64,000 bases of DNA from Mobula hypostoma. Taxonomy: Eukaryota. The translations under genes and the position numbers were made by a program. Positions 40,001 through 52,000 of this stretch are shown piece by piece (position 1 is the first letter of the stretch; the number at the start of each line of letters is the position of its first letter). The notes beneath the pieces are model-generated. The model had not been told where the DNA came from. It was given only the letters and a program-made list of their open reading frames with translations, and made no database searches. Where the stretch lies: assembly GCF_963921235.1 (NCBI RefSeq), contig NC_086108.1:101744001-101808000 (forward strand), read 5' to 3'.

Positions 40001-43000
40001 GAGTTCCTCCAGCATTTTGTGTGTGTCTAGGTTTCACCATCCACAGGGTCTCTTGTGTAACTTGTCTGTTCATCTGTCACATGGGGTGCTGGGAACAGAC
40101 CCAAATGCAAGACACAGACACTGAAGTACAATGAACAGGACTTGACTAGAGTAGGGACGTGACAGGATTCAGTCAAGGAGCAGGGACAAGAACGCAGACT
40201 TGGGCTAGGGAAAGCAGGACCAGGACTAAGAACCATGGACTAGGAGACAAGGGTTGGACTCCAAGCCTAAGACTGGACAAGGACCCAGAACCTGGGTCTT
40301 GCCTCAGGCTCAGACCACAGAACTAGGCAAGGTCATAACATGGATTCAGGACAGGACGTGGCTGGGGTCCAGAGGCCTGAGCTTGGAGACAGGCTCGGGT
40401 CTTAGCTCTTGAGGCTTGAGGCTCAGGGTCTCAGGTCCTGAGCTCGGCTGCGGGGTCATCGAGGCTCAGGGTCTCGGGTCTTGAGCTCGGCTGCGGGGTC
40501 GTCAAGGCTCAGGGTCTTGGAGCTCAGACACAGACTGGGAACCGAACACCAACATAGAGCTGGGACTTATCCTTCAAGCCAGGACTCAACTTCATCTCTA
40601 CACCAAGGTGGGACAGGTCCCTCCATCAGGTAACAGCAGAACAGTCAGACTTACCCAACAGAGGCAAGGACAAGACAAGATAGATCCCCCCACAGGGCAA
40701 TCACGAAATGGTCTGGCTTACCCCACAGAGACAAGGACAAGAAGAGACAAACACCAAAGAACAACAGACAGTTCTATCTCTGCTTCAGGGAAGCTCCAAG
40801 TCTTAGTTCAGCCAGCAACCTCAGCTGGCTACAGAAACAGCCAGATCCCTACCTAGCTTAGAGTGGCTGGCAGCCACTCAGCTGGCCCAGGAAACAGCCA
40901 AATCCATACCACAAAGATGAATCCAACAAGTGGCAACAAAGCTCCATGAAGCAGTGGTCCTCCAACCAGGCCAAGAGATCACAAATGGTACTACTAGCCT
41001 TCCATCAGCAGGTTGCTCTAAAGAGGACAAACCAGCAGCCCACAATCAATCCCAAGGCTACTTATATTGCAAGCTCAAAGATGGGAATCAGGTGCCTATG
41101 ATTAACTCAAACAAGGGACAGCTGGAAGACTCAGAGTCCTGAGTCCATGGACCGGACAGTGTACCGGAATGCGGACTTCACCGACCGGACCATGACAATC
41201 TCATAGTTTTATATACTTCTATCTGGTCAACTTCACATAAAATAATCTGAATTTTCCAACCTACATTTATAGATGATTCAGGGAACATCCTGGCAAATGT
41301 CTTCCACATCCTCTCCAAAGCCTTCCTTTGTGTGGTGACCAGAGCTGCACACAATATTCCCAAATTGACCCAACCAAGCCTTTATTCAGGTGTAACATGA
41401 CTTCCCAAGAGGTAGAAGGTAGAAACATACAGGAGCCAGAGGAAGTGGGGGAGATACTAAATGAATCCTTTGAGACAGTATCCAGCAAGAAGAAGGACTT
41501 GGAAGATTGTGAGATCAGCCTGGGGTATGTGAATATTCTAGAGCATTTTGATATCAAGAAGCATGAGGTGTTAGGTCTCTTTAAGAACATCAAGGTGGAT
41601 AAATCCCCATGGATGGTATTTATTCTAGATTATTGACAGAGGAAAGAAAGGAGATTGCTGGGGTCTTAACAGGGATCCAGTCCAAGTCATTTATATAGAT
41701 TTTAAATGACAGATGTCCCAGCACTGATCCCTGCAGAACAGCACTACTCACAGACTTCCAAACAGTGAAATTTCTAGTCCATTTAGACAGGATTTATTGC
41801 CCTACCATGATCAATCATCTTTCTCTGCTCCTCAAAAATCTCCATCGCCACCATTTTGGCCAAGCCAATTCTGAATTCAAACTATAAATCTCCATGAATC
41901 CCATTGTGTCTTAATCTTCTGGATCAGACTACCATGAAGGGCTTTTGTCAAAAGATTTGCTAAACTCCAGAACAACACACACAAAATGCTGCTCTTTCCT
42001 GGGAACTTGCTCTACCACCATCAGCACTTTGTCAGTGTGTTGCTGATTAACTAAAATCCACATGGCCAACATTCACTGCCCTACCTTCATCAGTCACCTT
42101 GGTCACCTCGGTCACCTCCTCTAAAGACTGATTCAGGTTCATAAGACCTGGTCTGCTCTACCCAAAGTCATGCTGACTACCTTAATAAATCCACACTTTT
42201 CCAAAAATGAGTAGATCCTATACCTAAGAATCCTCTCCAATAGCTTCCCCAAGGTTGATGTGCAGCTCACCTGCCTATAATTTGCTAGATTAGCAAATGC
42301 TATTCTTAAGCAAAGGAACAATAATGACTATTCTCCAGTTTTCTGGAACTTCATATACAGCTAGTAGGAATATGAAGATCTTCATCAAGGCCACCAAAAA
42401 CTTAATTTGAAGTGCCTCACCTTGTTGCCTCAACGATTCCATCACTAGATCTGTAAAAGGGCACCTGATCATCGTATTCATTAAATACGCCCCACTGGAG
42501 GTGGGCCCATTCATGAACAAATGTTCGTTCTATAGGAAAAGAAGTGTATTTGTTCAATACAATGCATTAATTTAAAAAAAAATTGAGATACAGCACAGTG
42601 GCGTAATCTTCTGTCCCATTAGGCCTGCACTGTCCAATTAACCCATACAACTAATTAACCTACTAACCCACACACCCTTGGAATGTGGGAGGAAGCCACA
42701 GCAGCAGGAGGAAACCTATACAGTCACAGGGAGAGTGTACAAACTCCTTGCAGTTGTTAACAATCACTTTTCAGAACATTTAGCTATTGGTACGATATTT
42801 CTCCTATCTCTTATTTCTATAACATAGGAAAAGGCCATTTTATCCGTTGTGTCTATGCCAGGTCTCAGATGAATACCATCAGTATTTCCCCAATCCCAAT
42901 CCACTTCTCACATGCCCCAGTCATACTGATCAACTCCAACCTTATTGTCTGGGGTTGAAGGGGGGTGTGTGTGTGTGTGCGTGTGTGTGTGCGCACGTGC

Positions 43001-46000
43001 GCGCACACTCACATGCACATAGTAGGGAGGGGTGTTGACAAAGGTGTTTGTTTCATTTTTATTGCTTGTTAAGTATTGACTTCGTGTTGTACTGTTGCAC
43101 TGCTGAACATAGTGGGGAGTCATGCCAAGTTGGTCTTGGAATGTGTTAATTAAGGGCAGCTTCCAGCACATCCTCAGATTGTGTTGGCTGTTAATGCAAA
43201 TGACACATTTCACTGTATGTTTTGATGTACATGTGGATAATAATAAAGAAATCTAAATCTAAGTCCCATCACCTACCTAGATTACTAACATTTATCATAT
43301 TCCCAATTCATCTATCGTGTACTTTATTCACACCCAGCAACTCCAACATAATCCTCCTGACATCCACCAAAAAAGTGCATTTTTCCAGTGTAATACTTTA
43401 ATTCACTGCTATAAAAAATCACATTTCTGAATGTTTAAATACCGCAGTGATATGTCTCATTTCTCTGAAGAGGAGATTTGGCCCAGTGAGACGTGCTGGC
43501 TCTCAGATTACCACCATTAGTATTTCCACATCCCTGATCCACTTTTCATGTCCTAGTCAAGCCCCCCCTCAACTCCACCCTTACTCTCCTGTCACCCACC
43601 TGAACAAAGTGTAGTTTATAAGTGCTCATTTCATGTACCAACAGGCATAAATTTTTCACAAAACCGCTAATTTCTTCTTTGTTTCTCCAGGTTGTCACTG
43701 GAAATCCAAGACACAATTCCATCAGCTTCAAAATAGATGCTCTAAAGATGTTAACTTACCTTTTTTGCCATAAACTTGAACCAGACTGTCATTTAGTAGG
43801 AAGTTTGGTGTAAGGTGAATGTAATGGCCCTTCTCCCCACATCCTCCATACTGCAGGGTGTATGGGGTGTCTCCATGCAGAGGATTGGGTTCAGCAATAA
43901 TTATGTTTGCCTGTGAAAGACAATTCCACATTTCAATGTGAAAATCCCTGTAATAGTTACACTGTGCACAATGTGCCCATCGGAATAAAAGGTAAAGATA
44001 CCTCTTGAAAACAAAGGTTCCCTACAGTTGTTGTAGGGAACCTTTGTTTTCAAGAGGTATCGAGGACTTGGTTAAGGGAAAAAAGGAGGTGCATAGCAGG
44101 TATGGGCAAGCAGTATCAAACGATGTGCTTATGGAAGTGAAGAAATGCAAGGGAACACTTAAGAATGAAATCAGGAGGGCTAAAAGAAGGCATGAAGTTG
44201 TTCTAGCAGACAAGGTGGAGGAGAATCCTTAGGAATTCTATAGACATGCTAAGAGCAGAATGATTACAATGGACAAAATTGGTCCTTTGGAAGACCGGAA
44301 TGGTAATGCATGTTTAGAGCTAAAACAGATGGTGTTGATCTTAAATGAATACTTTGCATCTACATTTACTCTGGAAATCAACAGAGTCTGTAGAAGTGAG
44401 ACAAAATGGCATCAACTTCATGAATCTTGCACAGATGACAGAAGCAGAGGTGTTTGTTACCCTGAGTTAAATTGGGGTGTATAAGTCACTAGAGCCTGAG
44501 AAGTTGTTCCCTCTGACCCATAAGACCATAAAACCATAAGACATAGGAGCAGAATTAGGCAATCTGGCCTATCGAGCCTGCTCCGCCATTCAATCATGGC
44601 TGATTCTTTTTTTCTATCTCCTCTCCAACCCCAGCTCCCAGGCTTCTCCCTGTAACCTTTGATGCCATGTCCAATCAAGAACCTATCAAATTTTGTCTTA
44701 AATACACCCAACGACCTGGCCTCCACAGTTGCACTTGGCAACAAATTACACAAATTCACCATCCTTAGGCTAAAGAAATTTCTCCGCATCTCTGTTTTGA
44801 AAGGGTGCCCCTCTATCCTGAGGCTGTGCCCTCTTGTCCTAGACTTTCCCACCATGGGAAATATCCTTTCCACATCTACTCTGTCTAGGCCTTTCAACAT
44901 TCGAAAGGTTTCAATCAGATCCCCCCTCATCCTTCTGAATTTCAGTGAGTACAGACCCAAAGCCATCAAACGTTCCTCATATGATAACCCTTTAATTCCT
45001 CGAATCATCCTTGTGAAACTCCTTTGGACCATCTCCAATGCCATCACATCTTTTCTAACATGAGGGGTCCAAAACTGTTCACAATACTCAATACTCAGGA
45101 GACAAGTACAGAAATTGCTAGAGTCTGAGCAGAGATACTTAAAATCCTCCTTTGTGTTAGAGCTAAGGAACTGCAAGGGTTTAAGGACCATGATGGGAGT
45201 TGTATATACAGACTCCAAAACAGTACTATGTATATGGCCTAAAAATTACAGCAGGAGAAAATACATGCCAAAAAGGGCAAAGTTACAATAGTCAAGGGGG
45301 GATTCAACATGTAGTTAGATTGGGAAAATCAGGTTGTTGCTGGATTACATGAGGGAAGTATCTAGAGTGCCTATGAGAAAGCTTTTTAGAGCAGCTTTTG
45401 GTTGAGCCCACTAGAGGATCAGATATTCTGGATTGGGCGCAATGAACCAGATTTGATTAGAGAGCGTAAATTAAAAGAACCATTAGGGGCAAGTGATCAT
45501 AATATGATTGAATTCATCCTGAAATTTGAGAAGAAGCTAAAGTCAGATATATCAGTATTACAGTGCAGTAAATGGAATTAAAGAGGTTTCAGAGAGGAGA
45601 TGTCCAGAATTGATTGGCAAAGAACACTGGCAGGGATGATGGCAGAGCAGCAATGGCTGGAATTTCTGGAAACCTTTCAGAAGGCACTGGATATATACAT
45701 CCCAAGGAGAAAGAATTATTCCAAAGGAAAGATAACTAAACCATGGCTAACAAGGGAAGTCAAAACCAACACAATAGCCAAAGAGAGGGCATTATAATAG
45801 AAAAAAAGATATTGGGAAGTCAGAGGATTGGGAAGCTTTTAAAAACCAACAGAAGACAACTAAAAAGTCATTCAGAAGATAAAGATGGAATATGAAAATA
45901 AGCTAGCCGGTAATATTAAAGAGAATACTAAAAGTTTCTTCAGATATATGAAGTGTTAATGAGAGGCGAGAGTGGATATTGGACTGCAGGTAAACAGTGC

Positions 46001-49000
46001 TGGGAAGGTAGTAATGGGGGACAACAAAATAACAGATGAATTCAGTAAGTATTTTGCATCAGTCTTCATTGTGGAAGACACTAGCAGTGTGGTCAAAGTT
46101 CTAGGTGTCAGGGGGGCATGAAGAGTGTGAAGTTACCATAACTAGAGAGAAGGTTCTTGGGAAACAGAAAATTCTGAAGGTAGATAAATCACCTGGACCA
46201 GATGGTATACACCCCAAGTTCTGAAAGAGGTGGTTGAAGAGATCATAGAGTCATTAGTAATAATCTTTCAAGAATCACTAGATTCTGGAATGCTTCTGGA
46301 AGACTGGAAAATAGTATATGTCATTCCACTCTTCAAGAAGGGAGAGAGGCAGAAGAAAGGAACCAATGGGCCAGTTAGCTAGACCTCAGTGATTGGGAAG
46401 ATATTGGAGTCGATTATAATGGATGAAGTCTTAGGGTATTTGGAGGCATATGATAATCTAGGCCATCGTCAACATGGTTTCCTCAAGAAGAAATATTGCC
46501 TGAAAATCCATTGGAATTCTTTGAAGACGTAACAAGCAGGATAGACAAAGGAGAATCAGTTGATGTTGTGTACTTGGATTTTCAGAATGCCTTTGACAAG
46601 GTGCCACATATGAGGCTGCTTAACAACCTATGAGCCCATGGTATTACAGAAAGGAATCTAGAATGTATAAAGCAGTGGCTGATTGGCAGGAGACAAGGAG
46701 TGGGAATAAGGGGAGCCTTTTCTGACTAGCTGCCAGTGACTAGTGGTGTTCTACAGGTGTCTGTGTTGAGACCGATTCTTTTTACATAATATGTCTGTCA
46801 GTACCTACAGTTGGACTCTGTCTTTTTGTGTGTTTCCCCCTAGCTGTCAGTCTGTGGTTTTGTATTGCCATGTGCTTCTGCTGTTCTCCATCTCTCATCT
46901 GTTTCTCATTATTACCTGTATTGCTACCACCTGTGTCTCATTGTGCTTCACCTATTATCTGCCTCTGTTTATTGCTCAGTGTATTTTAGTCCTGTGTTTT
47001 CACTTGTGTCAGTGAATTTTCCTGAGCCTTTCCAGTATTTGTATCTATATTCTGTCCATCTGAATATTGACTCTGCCTGTTTCCTGATTCTGGTTTTTGG
47101 ATTTCTCTGGATGTTTTGATCTCTGCCTGAACTTTGATGTTGACTCTGTTTGCAACTTGGGATTTGTTACTCAATTAATATCCCTGTGTGCACAGTACTG
47201 GCTGTGTGATTGGATCCCTGCTCCAGTGTCCTGACAATGTCAATGATTGGATGATAGAATTGATGGCTTTGTTGCCAAGTTTTCAGCCTATAGGAGGAGG
47301 AAATGATAGTTTTGTGGAAGTAGCGTGGCTACATAAGCATTTAGACAGATTAGGAGAATGGGCAAAGCACTGGCCGATGCATGGAGTGTTGGAAAGTGTA
47401 TGGTCATGCACTTCAATAGAAGTAATGAAAGGGGTGACTGTTTTTGAAATGGAGAGAAAATACAAAAGGGACGCAAAGGGACTTGGGAGTCCTTGTTCGG
47501 GATTCCCTAAAGGTGAATTTGCAGGCTGAGTTTGTGGTAAGGAAGGTAAGGGAATCAAATTAAAGAGGCTAGGCGTGAGGAGGTTAGTTCACAACAGAGG
47601 GATGGGAACCAGTGCAGAGAGACAGAGGGGTGTAAAGTGAGGGTAGAAGCAAAAAGTACAAAGGAGAAAAGTAAAAGTGGTAGGCCAACAAATCCAGGGC
47701 AAGCATTAAAAAGGGCCACTTTTCAACATAATTGTATAAGGGCAAAGAAAGTTGTAAAAGAGCGCCTGAAGGCTTTATGTGTCAATGCAAGAAGCATTTG
47801 TAATAAGGTGGATGAATTGAAAGTGCAGATTGTTATTAATGATTATGATATAGTTGGGATCACAGAGACATGGCTCCAGGGTGACCAGGGATGGGAGCTC
47901 AACGTTCAGGGATATTCAATATTCAGGAGGGATAGACATGAAGGAAGGGGAGGTGGGGTGGTGTTGCTGGTTAAAGAAGAGATTAATGCAATAGAAAGGA
48001 AGGACATAAGCCGGGAAGATGTGGAATTGATATGGGTAGAGCTGCGTAACACCAAGGGGCAGAAGATGCTGGTGGGAGTTGTGTACAGGCCACCTAACAG
48101 TAGTAGTGAGGTCGGAGATGGTATTAAACAGGAAATTAGAAATGTGTGCAATAAAGGAACAGCAGTTATAATGGGTGACTTCAATCTACATGTAGACTGG
48201 GTGAACCAAATTGGTAAAGGTGCTGAGGAAGAGGATTTCTTGGAATGTATGCGGGATGGTTTTTTGAACCAACATGTCGAGGAACCAACTAGAGAGCAGG
48301 CTATTCTGGACTGGGTTTTGAGCAATGAGGAAGGGTTAATTAGCGATCTTGTTGTGAGAGGCCCCTTGGGTAAGAGTGACCATAATATGGTGGAATTCTT
48401 CATTAATATGGAGAGTGACATAGTTAATTCAGAAACAAAGGTTCTGAACTTAAAGAGGGGTAACTTTGAAGGTATGAGACGTGAATTGGCTAAGATAGAC
48501 TGGCAAATGACACTTAAAGGATTGACAGTGGATATGCAATGGCAAGCATTTAAAGGTTGCATGGATGAACTACAACAATTGTTCATCCCAGTTTGGCAAA
48601 AGAATAAATCAAGGAAGGTAGTGCACCCGTGGCTGACAAGAGAAATTAGGGATAGTATCAATTCCAAAGAAGTAGCATACAAATTAGCCAGAGAAAGTGG
48701 CTCACCTGAGGACTGGGAGAAATTCAGAGTTCAGCAGAGGAGGACAAAGGGCTTAATTAGGAAGGGGAAAAAAGATTATGAGAGAAAACTGGCAGGGAAC
48801 ATAAAAACGGACTGTAAAAGCTTTTATAGATATGTAAAAAGGAAAAGACTGGTAAAGACAAATGTAGGTCCCCTGCAGACAGAAACAGGTGAATTGATTA
48901 TGGGGAGCAAGGACATGGCAGACGAATTGAATAATTACTTTGGTTCTGTCTTCACTAAGGAGGACATAAATAATCTTCCAGAAATAGTAAGGGACAGAGG

Positions 49001-52000
49001 GTCCAGTGAGATGAAAGGAACTGAGCGAAATACATGTTAGTAGGGAAGTGGTGTTAGGTAAATTGAAGGGATTGAAGGCAGATAAATCCCCAGGGCCAGA
49101 TGGTCTGCATCCTAGAGTGCTTAAGGAATTAGCCCAAGAAATAGTGGATGCATTAGTGATAATTTTTCAAAACTCGTTAGATTCTGGACTAGTTCCTGAG
49201 GATTGGAGGGTGGCTAATGTAACCCCACTTTTTAAAAAAGGAGGGAGAGAGAAACCGGGGAATTATAGACCGGTTAGCCTAACGTCGGTGGTGGGGAAAC
49301 TGCTGGAGTCAGTTATCAAGGATGTGATAACAGCACATTTGGAAAACGGTGAAATGATCAGACAAAGTCAGCATGGATTTGTGAAAGGAAAATCATGTCT
49401 GACGAATCTCATAGAATTTTTTGAGGATGTAACTAGTAGAGTGGATAGGGGAGAACCAGTGGATGTGGTATATTTGGATTTTCAAAAGGCTTTTGACAAC
49501 GTCCCACACAGGAGATTAGTGTGCAAACTTAAAGCACACGGTATTGGGGGTAAGGTATCGGTGTGGGTGGAGAATTGGTTAGCAGACAGGAAGCAAAGAG
49601 TGGGAATAAACGGGACCTTTTCAGAATGGCAGGCGGTGACTAGTGGGGTACCACAAGGCTCAGTGCTGGGACCCCAGTTGTTTAGAATATATATTAATGA
49701 CTTGGATGAGGGAAATAAATGCAGCATCTCCAAGTTTGCGGATGACACGAAGCTGGGTGGCAGTGTTATCAGTGAGGAGGATGCTAAGAGGATGTAGGGT
49801 GACTTGGATAGGTTGGGTGAGTGGGCAAATTCATGGCAGATGCAATTTAATGTGGATAAATGTGAAGTTATCCACTTTGGTGGCAAAAATAGGAAAACAG
49901 ATTATTATCTAAATGGTGGCCGATTAGGAAAAGGGGAGGTGCAACGAGACCTGGGTGTCATTATACACCAGTCATTGAAAGTGGGCATGCAGGTACAGCA
50001 GGCGGTGAAAAAGGCGAATGGTATGCTGGCATTTATAGCGAGAGGATTCGAGTACAGGAGCAGGGAGGTACTACTGCAGTTGTACAAGGCCTTGCTGAGA
50101 CCACACCTGGAGTATTGTGTGCAGTTTTGGTCCCCTAATCTGAGGAAAGACATCTTTGCCATAGAGGGAGTACAAAGAAGGTTCACCAGATTGATTCCTG
50201 GGATGGCAGGACTTTCATATGAAGAAAGACTGGATGAATTGGGCTTGTACTCCTTGGAATTTAGACGAGTGAGGGGGGATCTGATTGAAACGTATAAGAT
50301 CCTAAAGGGATTGGACAGGCCAGATGCAGGAAGATTGTTCCCGATGTTGGGGAAGTCCAGAACGAGGGGTCACAGTTTGAGGATAGAGGGGAAGCCTTTT
50401 AGGACCGAGATTAGGAAAAACTTCTTCACACAGAGTGGTGAATCTGTGGAATTCTCTGCCACAGGAAACTGTTGAGGCCAGTTCATTGGCTATATTTAAG
50501 AGGGAGTTAGATATGGCCCTTGTGGCTACGGGGGTCAGGGGGTATGGAGGGACGGCTGGGGCGGGGTTCTGAGTTGGATGATCAGCCATGATCATAATAA
50601 ATGGCGGTGCAGGCTTGAAGGGCCGAATGGCCTACTCCTGCACCTATTTTCTATGTTTCTAAATGCAATGTTTGCTTTCATTTCAAGAAGACTAGAATAT
50701 AAAAGCAAGGATGTAATGTTGAGACTTTATAGAGCACCAGTGAGGCTTCTCCTGAGCAATTTTGGGCCCCTTATGTTAGAAAGGATGTGCTGAAACTGGA
50801 GATGGTACAAAGGAGATTCATGAAAATGATTCCAGGATTTATTTAAAATAATTGTTTTTTTCCTTGTGCATTTGCACAGCTGGTTGTCTTTTGCACTCTG
50901 GTTGAAAGCACTAGTTAGTACATAATTCATAGATCCTGTTATAGCTACTATTCTATAGATTTATTGAGTATGTCCACAAGAATATACATCTCAGGATTGT
51001 ACATGGTGATACATATGTACTTTGATAATTTTCTTTGATCTTTTGAAAATCTGGTGAAGTGAATCATTTCAAATTAGATTGAAGCTGATTGAAAATGAAA
51101 AAGAACATCTTATGCCCTTGGGGGAATTCTGGAATCTTACTGCAATTAGGTTACTCAAACTAATCCTTTATTTCTTTAAGGACTCTCGTCAAGGGAAAAT
51201 CTTGTCTGATAAATCTGTTGAAATACTTTCCAGAAATAACAAACAGGATAGGTAAAGGAGAATCGGAAGGCCTCTGACAAGTTGTCACACATGAGACTTA
51301 AAGCAAGATAAGCCCAAGATATTTCAGGAAACATACTAGCATTGGCTGATTGGCAGGAGGCAAAGAGTGGGAATATTAAGGGATCTGTCAAAACCCACTA
51401 GCTACAGACCAATTGCATTAACATCAAGTATATGTAAGATAATGGAAAGGATGATAACAGAAAGGTTATCGTATGAGCTTGAGAAAAGGGGAATGCTGGC
51501 AAGTTATCAGAGTGGTTTTAGAAAGGGAAGGAATTCCATGGACTCAGTGATTATATTAGAGACTGAAATAAGGAAGGCCCAGGCAAATAGAGAGTCAGTA
51601 GTGGCAGTGTTCTTTGACATTGAAAAAGCCTATGATATGATGTGGAAGGAAGGATTATTAATTAAACTGCACAAGATGGGGGTTGGTGGGAGAGTTTTTA
51701 ATTGGATTAAAGATTTTTTGTTACTTTTCATCATTATGATCAATGATGTCTTCACAAAGGTACCAGTGGATATAGGTAGGTCACTGTTTGCGGATGATGG
51801 GGCCTTGTGGAAAAGAGGCAGGAACATGGACCATATAATCAGGAAACTACAAGAAGCAATTGATGAAGTGGTGGAGTGGGGTTATGATTGGGGATGTAGA
51901 TTTTTAGTAGACAAAACTCAAACTGTATTTTTTACCAGGAAAAGGGTTGAGGTAGGGAAGAAGTTAAGGATGTATGGGGTTGAATTAGAAAGGGTTGCAT

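Noticed and set aside
47906..48682. 258-aa minus-strand ORF and similar antisense ORFs
   Set aside because: These are antisense shadows of CR1 or Gypsy coding sequence.
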